Origin: a virus
Taxonomy: Duplodnaviria; Caudoviricetes
Length of the DNA: 64,000 nucleotides
IMG/VR virus record: IMGVR_UViG_3300043436_003602
Span: 181 to 64,180 of that record
Strand: one strand, 5' to 3'
How positions within the stretch are numbered: position 1 is the stretch's first letter; each line of letters opens with the position of its first letter. This document shows positions 55,260 to 63,899 of this stretch, piece after piece. The notes beneath the pieces were generated by a model, which was given only the letters and a program-made list of their open reading frames with translations, ran no database searches and was not told where the DNA came from. The position numbers were made by a program, and so were the translations under genes.

Positions 55260-56414
55260 CTATGCGATTGGTATGCCGTAATAAGCGCCACGGTTGCGCT
55301 CAATAAGTTGGCGCTCCGCGGTGGAAAGGACGGAGGGGAACGAAGTCAATCCTGAAAAAGTGCCGTCAAATGGTAACGATGATCCAAGTCCATTCAACGA
55401 ACCTATCGCGCTATTGACCCCCGTAAAGACGGTCGTAATTGTTGCGCTATCCCATTCCGCGCCGTTCTTAAACAGTTTCCACTGCTCGCTTCCGGTGGTT
55501 GATATAGATGTGATCAAAGTGAGTGTATTTGAAATAGCAACATCTGCGGCTAAACCGTTGGTTCCATTGCCTCCCAAAGCTGTAGGGTTGGCTACGTTTA
55601 AGCGCCCAGCCGAAATAGGCCCAGCCGATACTTGGTTTGCAATAACGTAAAAACGGCCATTTTGCCCCGAAGACCACTGCCCAAAAACAGTCCCAAATTC
55701 ATTTTCAATCGTCGGTGTGAACAGAATAAACAAACTGTGCGTTGTGCCAATAAGCGGAGAAGCGGCAGCTAAATAATCATTTACGCCATCAAAACGCAGC
55801 GCGGGCCGCCCGCCCTGTGTGATGATTGCCCCATTGCTGACAATTTGCGGCTGATTATCTGGCGTCGTTTGCGTGGCATTGCGCCCATTGCCGCTTTTGT
55901 CATACAAAATGGTGATAAAGCCGTTGCCAGAACCGACAAAATTAAGCAGCGCCTCGGCGTCAAGTTCACCGATGGCGGTAAAGCCAATGTTCGCTTCGGC
56001 ATTGTCACTTGACCGGCGCACCCGAATTGCGTTGCCAGTGTAACTACGGCTTTCACGGCGCAACTCAAAATTGGCAGCCGGTGCCACGGACAATACATCC
56101 ATCACGCCAACATAAAGAAGCGCCGCCGCCGCGCTGGCATTGCCACCAGAATTTGTCGCCGTGACAATACAGCCAAACAAGGCGTTTAGGTCACCGTCCG
56201 GGATGGTGTAATTCTGCGATGCCGACGGAGCACCAACAGGCGTTCCGTTGCGCGTGAACTGATACGCATAGGTTATCGGCGCAGTGCCCGTCCATGTGCC
56301 CGTAGTTACCGATAGCACCGAACCAGTCTGCGATATAACGGGTAAAGCCGTATTGACCGGCGGAAGTGCGGGTGAGCCGGCGCTCGCCACTGCTCCAAAA
56401 AGAATAGGACCCAT
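55260..56414 (-). CDS. fibre-like protein: Ig-like domain + LamG/concanavalin-like lectin domain
   Basis: PVNTALPVI...GTW...YAYQF...VTATN; IRVRRSSD...YDKSGNGRNATQ...FDGVND; lower GC. Confidence 0.7.
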   Translation of the reverse strand: MGPILFGAVASAGSPALPPVNTALPVISQTGSVLSVTTGTWTGTAPITYAYQFTRNGTPVGAPSASQNYTIPDGDLNALFGCIVTATNSGGNASAAAALLYVGVMDVLSVAPAANFELRRESRSYTGNAIRVRRSSDNAEANIGFTAIGELDAEALLNFVGSGNGFITILYDKSGNGRNATQTTPDNQPQIVSNGAIITQGGRPALRFDGVNDYLAAASPLIGTTHSLFILFTPTIENEFGTVFGQWSSGQNGRFYVIANQVSAGPISAGRLNVANPTALGGNGTNGLAADVAISNTLTLITSISTTGSEQWKLFKNGAEWDSATITTVFTGVNSAIGSLNGLGSSLPFDGTFSGLTSFPSVLSTAERQLIERNRGAYYGIPIA

Positions 56415-56426
56415 AAATACCTCCCC

Positions 56427-56897
56427 TTAAGACAGAGCGCCAAATGAAAACCACTGGTTATTACCCAGATAGATCACCTGAGCCACACCCGGAGTGTCAA
56501 CAGAGGTATCCCCCGTGAGAGTAACACCACTTGCCGCCACCAGGGTAAGGGTTCCGGTCGAGAGACGGAGAAGACTTACAACAGTGCCCTCCTCGATGGC
56601 GGGATTGGCAGGCAGGGTCACACTCAAGGCCGACGTACCGGCATTCTTCAACAGATCACCTGGACTGGCGGAACTCATGGTGTAATTAGCGACAAGGTTC
56701 ACTACCCTAACTCGTCGAGCAAGCTGCAGAACTTCCTGAAGACCCGAGTCGAGAAAACTAAAGCCAAGGTTCAGGACATCAGCTAGTCCGGGCCCGTCCA
56801 CACTAACTTGCCCATCATAGAGGGTGTAGGTTACGCCTGCCGCAGTCACGGTGCGAGCCGAGTAGTCCGAAGGGGCTACTAAAATAAAGGCACTCAT
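56427..56897 (-). CDS. fibre adaptor-like protein
   Basis: N-terminal module shared with TerL C-terminus; C-terminal VTLPA...G...W.SFGAL beta domain; AGGAGG RBS. Confidence 0.65.
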   Translation of the reverse strand: MSAFILVAPSDYSARTVTAAGVTYTLYDGQVSVDGPGLADVLNLGFSFLDSGLQEVLQLARRVRVVNLVANYTMSSASPGDLLKNAGTSALSVTLPANPAIEEGTVVSLLRLSTGTLTLVAASGVTLTGDTSVDTPGVAQVIYLGNNQWFSFGALS

Positions 56898-57009
56898 ATA
56901 AATCCTCCTAGCTAAGAACAAACCCGGCGATCAACCCGGGTGCGCTTGCATTATGCCAGTAATACTATAAAGAGATTACATGCAGTGCCTCTGCACGGCA
57001 GCCGCGACC

Positions 57010-57159
57010 TCAGACACAGTGCTTCTCCGTTGCCATCGCGATCTCACGGACGCTATAAGGGCCAATACCGCGGAGTTGGATGAGTTCCTTCACGGTTTTG
57101 TTCCAAGGATCGTCCACTTTCGCTCGCTGAAGCGCTTTCCGGGTCGGTTTGGATAGCAT
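57010..57159 (-). CDS. 49-aa protein with helix-hairpin-helix motif (not in ORF track)
   Basis: LIQLRGIGPYSVREI. Confidence 0.45.
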   Translation of the reverse strand: MLSKPTRKALQRAKVDDPWNKTVKELIQLRGIGPYSVREIAMATEKHCV

Positions 57160-57198
57160 ATTCCAGAATTTTGCGGATTGTGTCATGTCTTTAAGTCC

Positions 57199-57465
57199 TT
57201 ATCCAGGGCCAGCGGGCGGCGTTCGCAATGGCTCCACAGGGCTCTGCGGCGCTTCTCCGCCAGGACTAGCGGGAGCAGGGAGGACTGGTTGTCTCGCGTC
57301 CAGTACCGCGGGCTCAATCGGTATCGGCGTCTTTTCATCGGGTTTTCTCCTGAGGCGCTTATAGGTCAGCTTGACCAAAAGCTTTATCAGCTCTTTATAG
57401 ATGACGTAGACCGTCACCATGATGAGCAATTGGTAAATCGGGATGGGCGTGTTGAGCCAATTCAC
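57199..57465 (-). CDS. small membrane protein with Pro-rich tail
   Basis: TM helix followed by basic then Pro-rich segment. Confidence 0.55.
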   Translation of the reverse strand: MNWLNTPIPIYQLLIMVTVYVIYKELIKLLVKLTYKRLRRKPDEKTPIPIEPAVLDARQPVLPAPASPGGEAPQSPVEPLRTPPAGPG

Positions 57466-57710
57466 GCTCGGCCGTCCTTATGGGCTTGCGTGACCGCGGC
57501 GATCTCGGCAAAACACTGCTCAGAGACGTCGTGCGCCCGGCAGATGGAAAAGATTGAGCTTCGAAGCTTATCCCAGTCGGCCGGGGATGTCTCCTCGAGT
57601 GTCAAGACCGACATACGGTGAGGAGCGAGAAGGCTGTTAAGCCAAGCGTGAAGCTTCTCGGGGCGGGAGTTGCTCGGAACAGCGAGCTCGATATAGATTG
57701 ACTTGGGCAT
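57462..57710 (-). CDS. hypothetical protein
   Basis: GGGGG RBS; GTGA overlap. Confidence 0.55.
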   Translation of the reverse strand: MPKSIYIELAVPSNSRPEKLHAWLNSLLAPHRMSVLTLEETSPADWDKLRSSIFSICRAHDVSEQCFAEIAAVTQAHKDGRA

Positions 57711-57769
57711 GTTAATCCCCCAATTAAAGCGAATGAGAACCTAAAACCTACCAAATAGATTGCGGAGTG

Positions 57770-57988
57770 CTAGGCCACGTCTACCTGTTCGGAGACCTGA
57801 CGAATACCGTTAAGTACCCCCGTGAGGAAGAGGCATCGCTTCTCGGCAAGCTCCCGTCCCCCTGGCCTATCGTAGACAGGGAAGATTGCCCAAACATCTG
57901 GCTCGGTCTTCGGTTGAAGGGTATCTCCCCTATCATAGATAACAAAGGAGTGAGAGTTGGTATCTTCCGTGCTGGTAAAACGGTGCAT
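57770..57988 (-). CDS. hypothetical protein
   Basis: AGGAGA RBS. Confidence 0.55.
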   Translation of the reverse strand: MHRFTSTEDTNSHSFVIYDRGDTLQPKTEPDVWAIFPVYDRPGGRELAEKRCLFLTGVLNGIRQVSEQVDVA

Positions 57989-58096
57989 GTTAATCTCCTA
58001 AATAAATTACGTTAGTCTGTAAACCTAGAAAATATAAGACGGGACCAGGTCCATGGGATGAGAACAAAGCCCGAACCAAAGGGACGGGCGGTGGAT

Positions 58097-58145
58097 GTGG
58101 AGCGCAGAGTATCGCTTGCGCCTGCGCTCCACTGGTTACGAATTA
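58097..58145. repeat. hairpin element copy A
   Basis: GTGGAGCGCAG-N14-CTGCGCTCCAC-TGGTTACGAATTA. Confidence 0.85.
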
Positions 58146-58150
58146 ATTGT

Positions 58151-58501
58151 TCAGCGATTACTTCCTGCCCCTTCGGGTTCACAGTCGAAGTGCATAGCCT
58201 GAGCGGGCGGGCTGGCGTTTAATGCGTCACAGACTAAACCCGCAATCTGTTCACAGGTTGCTTGCTGCAAGTCGCTATGGTCGTTAATGACGCAAACTTC
58301 CCAACCTTCGATACTGCAAACAACTTGATAAGTCTGACCGCTGACGTGCTGAACGGCGAAGCGAGGGGCAGGTGATGCAATGAAAGCAGCGAGTCGCTTT
58401 GAGTCGATTGCTACGGCGTCACTGGGAGCAGACTCGCGATTGTCCCAGATAGTGGCACGACCGTCAGGCATTGTGGAAAACTCAATATACTGGATAGTCA
58501 T
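58151..58501 (-). CDS. hypothetical protein flanked by hairpin elements
   Basis: GGAG RBS before ATG 58501. Confidence 0.6.
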   Translation of the reverse strand: MTIQYIEFSTMPDGRATIWDNRESAPSDAVAIDSKRLAAFIASPAPRFAVQHVSGQTYQVVCSIEGWEVCVINDHSDLQQATCEQIAGLVCDALNASPPAQAMHFDCEPEGAGSNR

Positions 58502-58526
58502 AATATAAACTCCAAAGAAACAGAGG

Positions 58527-58580
58527 GTGGAGCGCAGCGAGGAGGGGTGGATGGTGCTGCGCTCCACGGGTTACGGATTA
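58527..58580. repeat. hairpin element copy B
   Basis: GTGGAGCGCAGC-N17-GCTGCGCTCCAC-GGGTTACGGATTA. Confidence 0.85.
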
Positions 58581-58907
58581 TTCAGCGATTGCGTCCTCCG
58601 TAACCTTTGCTGTTGCTGTTGCCTTACGGGGCGCGCGGGGAGCGGGCGCAATGGCGGCAGCGTATGAAGGGTCAAACTGGGCGCGGACCTTGTCATATTG
58701 CTTCGCATCGAACGCCCAGGCGGCATTGCGTTCATGGACGTCTTTCATATTAGCGCGTAACCAAACGCGGACTTTTTTGTCGGAGTTGGCGGATGCAAGC
58801 GAAGAGGTCGGATTGGCGTCAACAATATCACGAATGACAAGTTTGAGCGAAACAGTGGCACCGCGAGCGGTGGGACGGTTGGCGGCAATCGTGGTAGACT
58901 TTGTCAT
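58578..58907 (-). CDS. small protein with divergent HTH-like domain (paralogue family)
   Basis: DKKVRVWLRANM...AAWAF. Confidence 0.6.
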   Translation of the reverse strand: MTKSTTIAANRPTARGATVSLKLVIRDIVDANPTSSLASANSDKKVRVWLRANMKDVHERNAAWAFDAKQYDKVRAQFDPSYAAAIAPAPRAPRKATATAKVTEDAIAE

Positions 58908-58926
58908 ATTTAATTCCATTCAATAA

Positions 58927-58986
58927 ATCGAGCGCGTTATTGCGTTTCGATGTCATCAATCTACGACTATCAATCGATGCTGTCAA
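58927..58986 (-). promoter_or_regulatory. sigma70-type promoter + extended 5' hairpin (copy 6)
   Basis: TTGACA-17-TAGATT-6-ATCGAAACGC-AATAAC-GCGCTCGAT. Confidence 0.8.
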
Positions 58987-59500
58987 CGTCTGCATTCTCG
59001 TTTCGTCATTATTTTATCTCGTTTCGTCGCACATGGTCAATCGAACGAATGACGGCTAATCATGCCCACAAGGCTCGCATTCGCATCTCACGTAATCGAA
59101 TGTCATAGTCCGCCCTGTCTGTTCCACCCACTCCATATCCATCCACCCAATCTATGCAGCTCTGGCCATGCAGCTCTACCCATCCTATACAGCTATTCCA
59201 TACGGACTAAATTGGATTATTCACTATTGACTTAGGGCATTTGACGGCATGGGGCTGGTCCTTTTCCCATGTTTTCCCATGTTTTCCCATACTACCCCAT
59301 GAAGATATATACCCGTTCATTGACTCTCATGCGCGCGTATAGGCCAATAACCGGAAATACTTAACTCTTTGACTAACTTTTATTACCACTATTGACAGAC
59401 ACACCCTTTACCCGTAAAATCACCGCATCACCACCCGAAAACGCCATAACCGGAAATAAATAGTGCTCAAAAGGTTAAGTTTTTCTGGTTTTGTATGTAT
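58987..59500. other. long non-coding region with short direct repeats (possible origin or genome end)
   Basis: TCTCGTTTCGTC x2, ATGCAGCTCT x2, TTTTCCCAT(G) x3, CACTATTGAC x2, ATAACCGGAAATA x2; AT-rich; transcription diverges here. Confidence 0.45.
59392..59420 (+). promoter_or_regulatory. sigma70-type promoter
   Basis: TTGACA-17-TAAAAT. Confidence 0.75.
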
Positions 59501-59521
59501 ATGAAAGGATTTCCACCAACA

Positions 59522-60073
59522 ATGACCCGAAGAAAGCAAATTAGGCTCACCAGAACAAAGCCAACCCTGGACACTAATGAGTTCTACGCACTCACCGACC
59601 TGCTCTACGAAGCACTCAAGGGGAATGTGTCGGAAATAACCCGTCTCCTCGGCATCAGCCGTAATCGATGGAAAGCATGGGAAACAAATCCGCCGAAATG
59701 GCCTTGGTGGAACTTCGTCCTCCGTCATGTAATCCTGGAAGTGCTCGCTCAGCTCAAAGGCAAGGGAGGAATAAGTCGGTCCCACAGGAACCGGATACTC
59801 GAGGCGCTCGGTCGTATCACTACAAGCGATCACCTCATCCTGCTAGCAGAGCAAGCGTCAGACGAATATGCGGGAGCGGAGCGTCACCTGCTCGGGCTGC
59901 TCTCACGTAAAGGAATGTATTGGGACATTATCCGCCTGCCCGCGAACTCGGGAGGCTATACAGAGAAGACCCTTAGGGTCGCAGCACGTAAAATTGGGAT
60001 CGTGAGGCGGCAGAAGGGCTATGGCGATGACAAGCGATCCTATTGGCGCTTGCCCAGAGAGGACGACGAGTAG
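59522..60073 (+). CDS. HTH protein with C-terminal domain paralogous to primase-helicase C-terminus
   Basis: NVSEITRLLGISRNRWKAWE HTH; KTLRVAARKIGI...KGYG..K..YW. Confidence 0.75.
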   Translation: MTRRKQIRLTRTKPTLDTNEFYALTDLLYEALKGNVSEITRLLGISRNRWKAWETNPPKWPWWNFVLRHVILEVLAQLKGKGGISRSHRNRILEALGRITTSDHLILLAEQASDEYAGAERHLLGLLSRKGMYWDIIRLPANSGGYTEKTLRVAARKIGIVRRQKGYGDDKRSYWRLPREDDE

Positions 60074-60325
60074 TCACGGCTTGTCGCCCCTGAGGATATT
60101 GATTGCGGCAATGCCCGCGTGAAGCCCGCACAGCTTGCGGCCGTCGATTTCATACTTGGCCTGCTTGGTGCATTGGTCCGGGGTGAACCCGCGATTTGCA
60201 GCCCTTTCCTTGCGGTACTTGCTGTAAATCTCATTGTGCTCGGCGCCTAGCTCTTCAGCCGTAGTCTCACACTGCACAGGCGGCAATCTCTTGCTTTGTG
60301 GGTATATTTCCTTTGCACGAGTCAT
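60074..60325 (-). CDS. small Cys/His (zinc-finger-like) protein
   Basis: QC...QC...LCGLHA. Confidence 0.55.
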   Translation of the reverse strand: MTRAKEIYPQSKRLPPVQCETTAEELGAEHNEIYSKYRKERAANRGFTPDQCTKQAKYEIDGRKLCGLHAGIAAINILRGDKP

Positions 60326-60504
60326 AGTCTGACAATACTTACCTCGGTCTCGCCTATAATAAATTGACGCAAAGCTCGAGCGGCGGAATAAGCCTCACGA
60401 AAGGTCAAGCGGCTAGTGATCTCGACTGTCACGGCCTCGATTGTGCGACAAGGCACACTTTGACCTTCAACGGGGTTTAAGCTGAGAACAACAATACAAA
60501 TCAT
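60322..60504 (-). CDS. hypothetical protein
   Basis: AAGGAG RBS directly after cassette copy 7. Confidence 0.65.
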   Translation of the reverse strand: MICIVVLSLNPVEGQSVPCRTIEAVTVEITSRLTFREAYSAARALRQFIIGETEVSIVRL

Positions 60505-60516
60505 GGCAAACTCCTT

Positions 60517-60567
60517 ATCGCGTTATTGCGATATAATGACACTAAGGTAACGGGAAATTAAAATCAA
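60517..60567 (-). promoter_or_regulatory. sigma70-type promoter + 5' hairpin cassette (copy 7)
   Basis: TTGATT-17-TAGTGT-6-ATCGCAATAACGCGAT-AAGGAG. Confidence 0.75.
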
Positions 60568-60579
60568 TTATTTTATTCT

Positions 60580-60819
60580 TTATAGCTTATCCTTCACGTC
60601 ATTCCATCGCTTACCGATCAATGATCGCTTGTCGACCGGCTTTGCAGGCTTACCGAATAGCAAGACGACGCGATCCGCCTCAGTTGCTGTGGGAACTCGA
60701 CGCATCATCTTACCCTTATGGCGGATTTCGTAGGCATGGGGTGACCCACCTACACAGTCTCTCCATATCCAAACCTTGCCTTTACGCATACGGCGGACAG
60801 GATGAATAGTCAGTTTCAT
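60580..60819 (-). CDS. basic hypothetical protein
   Basis: ATGA overlap with upstream gene. Confidence 0.55.
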   Translation of the reverse strand: MKLTIHPVRRMRKGKVWIWRDCVGGSPHAYEIRHKGKMMRRVPTATEADRVVLLFGKPAKPVDKRSLIGKRWNDVKDKL

Positions 60820-61325
60820 TCGTTACCTATATAAGGATCAATCGACCATTGCAATAGGCCCTGCATGATGACCGGACTTATTTTACCCCGGCTGTTCAGT
60901 TGAGACTGAGCACGATCACACCAGCGCTCGCGGTACTTGACCCAGCGGCTGACCTGGTGAGCATCGCGAGGATGCCGACGGCCTGCATAGTATCGGCAGT
61001 ACCAGTGAAACCAACCGAGCGGGTCCTCATCGAATATCCAACCGCGCTTGTCCCACTCGTCATAGGACAGGCCGGCGCGGACGCCGAAGCAGTTGTTGCG
61101 GGGAGCGAACGGCGCAGCGTTCAGGCGCGAGAGCTTGACAGTGCCGGGCGTCATGCCGGCGAAGTCGTCATCATCAGCCTCGGCAAAATAGTTGCCGCCG
61201 AAGATACCGAGCTTGAGCATACGCGAGGGGCTATAAGCCGGCTCGAACTCACGGTGCGGGAAGCGCTTGACGCGAGTCGGCCGAAGCAGCTCGGCTTTGA
61301 CATGTCGGGATCGGCTGATGGTCAC
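60816..61325 (-). CDS. conserved Trp-rich uncharacterised protein
   Basis: LGIFGGNYF...FGV.AG.S..EW...GWI...DP.GWF.WYCRYY.GRR...D..Q..RW. Confidence 0.7.
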   Translation of the reverse strand: MTISRSRHVKAELLRPTRVKRFPHREFEPAYSPSRMLKLGIFGGNYFAEADDDDFAGMTPGTVKLSRLNAAPFAPRNNCFGVRAGLSYDEWDKRGWIFDEDPLGWFHWYCRYYAGRRHPRDAHQVSRWVKYRERWCDRAQSQLNSRGKISPVIMQGLLQWSIDPYIGNE

Positions 61326-61507
61326 GCAGCCTCCAATTCAACGCAGAACTGGCAGAACTCAGGCTCTGGCATAACTTCTTCGAGACGGTTTAGAACTGCT
61401 GAAAACACAAGGTCTGTTCCATCGCGCATATCGACCATAAGAGCCTGCGCCATTTCCTTGAGAGTTTCTACATTGAGGGGAAGAAGCTTTGCGGCAATAT
61501 TTTCCAT
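61322..61507 (-). CDS. hypothetical protein
   Basis: GTGA overlap with downstream gene. Confidence 0.55.
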   Translation of the reverse strand: MENIAAKLLPLNVETLKEMAQALMVDMRDGTDLVFSAVLNRLEEVMPEPEFCQFCVELEAA

Positions 61508-61508
61508 T

Positions 61509-61814
61509 TCAGTCTCTCTGTTGGCGGGGGTCATGCCCCGCAGCTTTGCGAGAAATAAGCCTAAGCGTGAAAACCGCCGTTAAAGCCGAAAACTTGTGAT
61601 ATGCAACTCGGTCGCTCTTGTAGCTTTTACGCGCATACAAAAGTGCTGCTTTTGCTATACCTATCATTTTTTCTGTTGCAACCCCTTCGCTCAATCCAGC
61701 TTTGGCAAAAAGTGCCATTGCATTTTCTAACGAGGTGACGGCACACTGGCGCGCCCGATTTTTTAATTCAAGGATTTCAGTATTTGGAGTCTTGCGCCCG
61801 TCTAATTTACACAT
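61509..61814 (-). CDS. hypothetical protein
   Basis: AT-richer ORF; GAGG RBS. Confidence 0.45.
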   Translation of the reverse strand: MCKLDGRKTPNTEILELKNRARQCAVTSLENAMALFAKAGLSEGVATEKMIGIAKAALLYARKSYKSDRVAYHKFSALTAVFTLRLISRKAAGHDPRQQRD

Positions 61815-61822
61815 TTCCAGCC

Positions 61823-62077
61823 TCAACCACGCTGCGCCCATGCCTCTGCCTCGACGTGGTCATACTCAGCCTGTGCGGCTGCTATGGCGCGGTCGTAGTC
61901 ATCCTGTGCGGCTGTTAAGGTGCGGTCGAGTTCATCTCGTGCGGGTGCTGTATCGAGGCCATATTTAACCAATCCGGCTGTTCTGACGCAGTCGAGTTTA
62001 GCCCATGCGGCTGCTTTGGCTCGCTCGAGTTCAGCTTGTGCGGCTGCTTTGGTAATGGGTGCGGCAATACCTTTCAT
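61823..62077 (-). CDS. Ala-rich helical-repeat protein
   Basis: AAGGAGA RBS; shares 67 identical bp with 49073-49139. Confidence 0.6.
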   Translation of the reverse strand: MKGIAAPITKAAAQAELERAKAAAWAKLDCVRTAGLVKYGLDTAPARDELDRTLTAAQDDYDRAIAAAQAEYDHVEAEAWAQRG

Positions 62078-62120
62078 TTTCAGTCTCCTTGTTTGCGGAT
62101 GCGTTGGAGTGTGGCGGGTG

Positions 62121-62357
62121 TCATGCATTCACGTTTGCATCGGCACGGGCGGCCATTATGACGCGATTGAATTCTGCCCAGGCGGTTGTTATAGTGCGGT
62201 TATACTCAATCATCGCGGGTGTCGTGACGCAGCCGCGGTCGAGCTTTGCCGCTGCGGCCGTTATGATGCGCTCATACTCAGCCCATGCGGTTGCAATGAC
62301 GCGGTCGAGTTTAGCCTGTGCAACTGATTGTTTGCTGTCTGTGAGGGTCATTGTCAT
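62121..62357 (-). CDS. Ala-rich helical-repeat protein
   Basis: AGGAG RBS; TAWAE(Y/F) repeats; shares 36 identical bp with 48916-48951. Confidence 0.6.
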   Translation of the reverse strand: MTMTLTDSKQSVAQAKLDRVIATAWAEYERIITAAAAKLDRGCVTTPAMIEYNRTITTAWAEFNRVIMAARADANVNA

Positions 62358-62365
62358 ACTCCTGG

Positions 62366-62467
62366 TATCAATATCTCCATCGCGTTATTGCGATAAAAAC
62401 ACAATACGATGATGGATCAGCGGAGTCAACACCCGCAATCTCGTTTATCCTCGCATGTCGATTTTGG
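62366..62467 (-). repeat. 102-bp direct repeat containing promoter-hairpin cassette (copy 8)
   Basis: Identical to 63899-64000; TTGACT-17-TATTGT-6-hairpin-GGAGA. Confidence 0.95.
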
Positions 62468-62570
62468 TCGATCCTAGGCGATGCAACGCAATGCGCGACG
62501 TTCGATGCACATTGACTGCAGCATTGACCTGAAGCGTGCCCTAGGCGACCCTCAGCATGCCCGGAATATG

Positions 62571-62888
62571 TCACGCGATGCGCGTTTGACAGCGGCGAAG
62601 ATCGAGCATTGCGTCATAGCGATCCTGCGGCAGATCGGTGATGTCCTCGAGGTCTCCAAGTACCGCGTCGGCCAGTTCCATGCCGAGCTTGATCTCAGGG
62701 TTGAGCGACCCCATATCCGCGATATATCGGACGCCGGCATTATCCTCGATATGAACGGGCCGCTTCATGCCGAGGAAGTCAGCGATTGCCTGTTGGCTCG
62801 GCGAGCGCGAATAGCTCCACGAGTTGATGCGGCCAGGATATTGTCCGCGATACTTGCGGGGCGAGCGGATGGGGAGTTGGACGATCAC
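62571..62888 (-). CDS. hypothetical protein
   Basis: GGAAGG RBS, GTG start; same strand as cluster. Confidence 0.5.
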   Translation of the reverse strand: MIVQLPIRSPRKYRGQYPGRINSWSYSRSPSQQAIADFLGMKRPVHIEDNAGVRYIADMGSLNPEIKLGMELADAVLGDLEDITDLPQDRYDAMLDLRRCQTRIA

Positions 62889-62979
62889 TTGAAAACCTTC
62901 CGGATAGAGTCAATAATAACCCATACAGCAAAGATGCCGACGGACACGAAGAAAACCTCGAGGGCGATATGGGCGAAAG

Positions 62980-63198
62980 TCATTCTGGGGCCCCCTCAAT
63001 AACTAGCGCGCCCCTGCGTCTCGCATTGTGCCCGATAGCCGACATCAAAGCCGATGAATAAAAAGCGGATGATGCTATAAACTCATCGCAGAACCGCGCC
63101 ACATAGCGAGGCTTTTCATGGCCGCAATACTCTAGGCTAATGCGATAGCGAAGATCGATTGCGCCGTTATGCCGAATTGGGTTAGGATTATGTTCCAT
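62980..63198 (-). CDS. hypothetical protein
   Basis: GGAG RBS. Confidence 0.6.
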   Translation of the reverse strand: MEHNPNPIRHNGAIDLRYRISLEYCGHEKPRYVARFCDEFIASSAFYSSALMSAIGHNARRRGALVIEGAPE

Positions 63199-63356
63199 TG
63201 CTTACTTACTCCGATTGTTCAATTTATCTCGTAGACGAAGAGCGTATCTGCGGTCAGCGACACGGGCAAGCTCACGCGATTGTAGATGGCGGTAGGCTTA
63301 AAGGTATCCCATACCCGTGTCTTGCATGACCTTGGCAATCTCGTCCTCAGCGGGCT

Positions 63357-63899
63357 TCACAGATGAAGATTTATGAACTCGCGCCCGAGATCGGTCAGCG
63401 TATCCTCCTCGGCGTTGAGCAGGTTCATGCGGACACAGAAGTCGAGCATGGTGTCATAGTCGTCTTCGTCGTCATTGTGGTTCCGCAGGAACTCGCCGGT
63501 GATATACTCCTCCTCACCGCCGTTGTCGATGCAATGCAGCATCTTGGCCAGCGCATCGAGGTCGCCGGGAAAGGCGTAGCCGATGGTTTCAGCAAGAGGC
63601 ATACACTCGAGATCACCATGGGCACGATGCCTGAGCGACTCGTTGGAAAGTTCATCCATCATCGAAGAGACAATGGTTTCACGATCCTGCTCGGTAAACA
63701 TCGGGTGTTGCCAGGCGGGATCAGGAGCGTCGCCCGGGCCGCGTTCGAGGTTATCCTGGACGAAGTCGATCAGTGTATCGGTTTCGATCAGGTCAGGACC
63801 GCAGTCATCGATCCAGAGGCAGACGAGGTCGAGCATGGTCGAGTCGTTGGTATTGGTCGCTTCCTGGTGAAGGCGAAGTTGTTGGCGTATGCTAGTCAT
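63357..63899 (-). CDS. acidic hypothetical protein
   Basis: Directly downstream of cassette copy 9. Confidence 0.7.
   Translation of the reverse strand: MTSIRQQLRLHQEATNTNDSTMLDLVCLWIDDCGPDLIETDTLIDFVQDNLERGPGDAPDPAWQHPMFTEQDRETIVSSMMDELSNESLRHRAHGDLECMPLAETIGYAFPGDLDALAKMLHCIDNGGEEEYITGEFLRNHNDDEDDYDTMLDFCVRMNLLNAEEDTLTDLGREFINLHL

Noticed and set aside
56945-56970. CTGGC(AT) motif upstream of three isolated minus-strand genes (about 46250, 48320, 56958) as a late or sigma54 promoter
   Set aside because: Too short and inconsistent; the sigma54 -12 element is missing and it was not found upstream of the terminase operon.
57712-57727. Possible CtrA box
   Set aside because: TTAA half-sites are spaced by 8 nt instead of 7.
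58097-58580. Integron attC interpretation of the twin hairpins
   Set aside because: RYYYAAC/GTTRRRY boxes and extrahelical bases are not properly present, and there is no integron integrase; kept only as an unexplained hairpin pair.
62481-63002. 173-aa plus-strand ORF
   Set aside because: Runs opposite to the minus-strand early cluster, overlaps a better-supported ORF, and starts inside a non-coding repeat element without an RBS.
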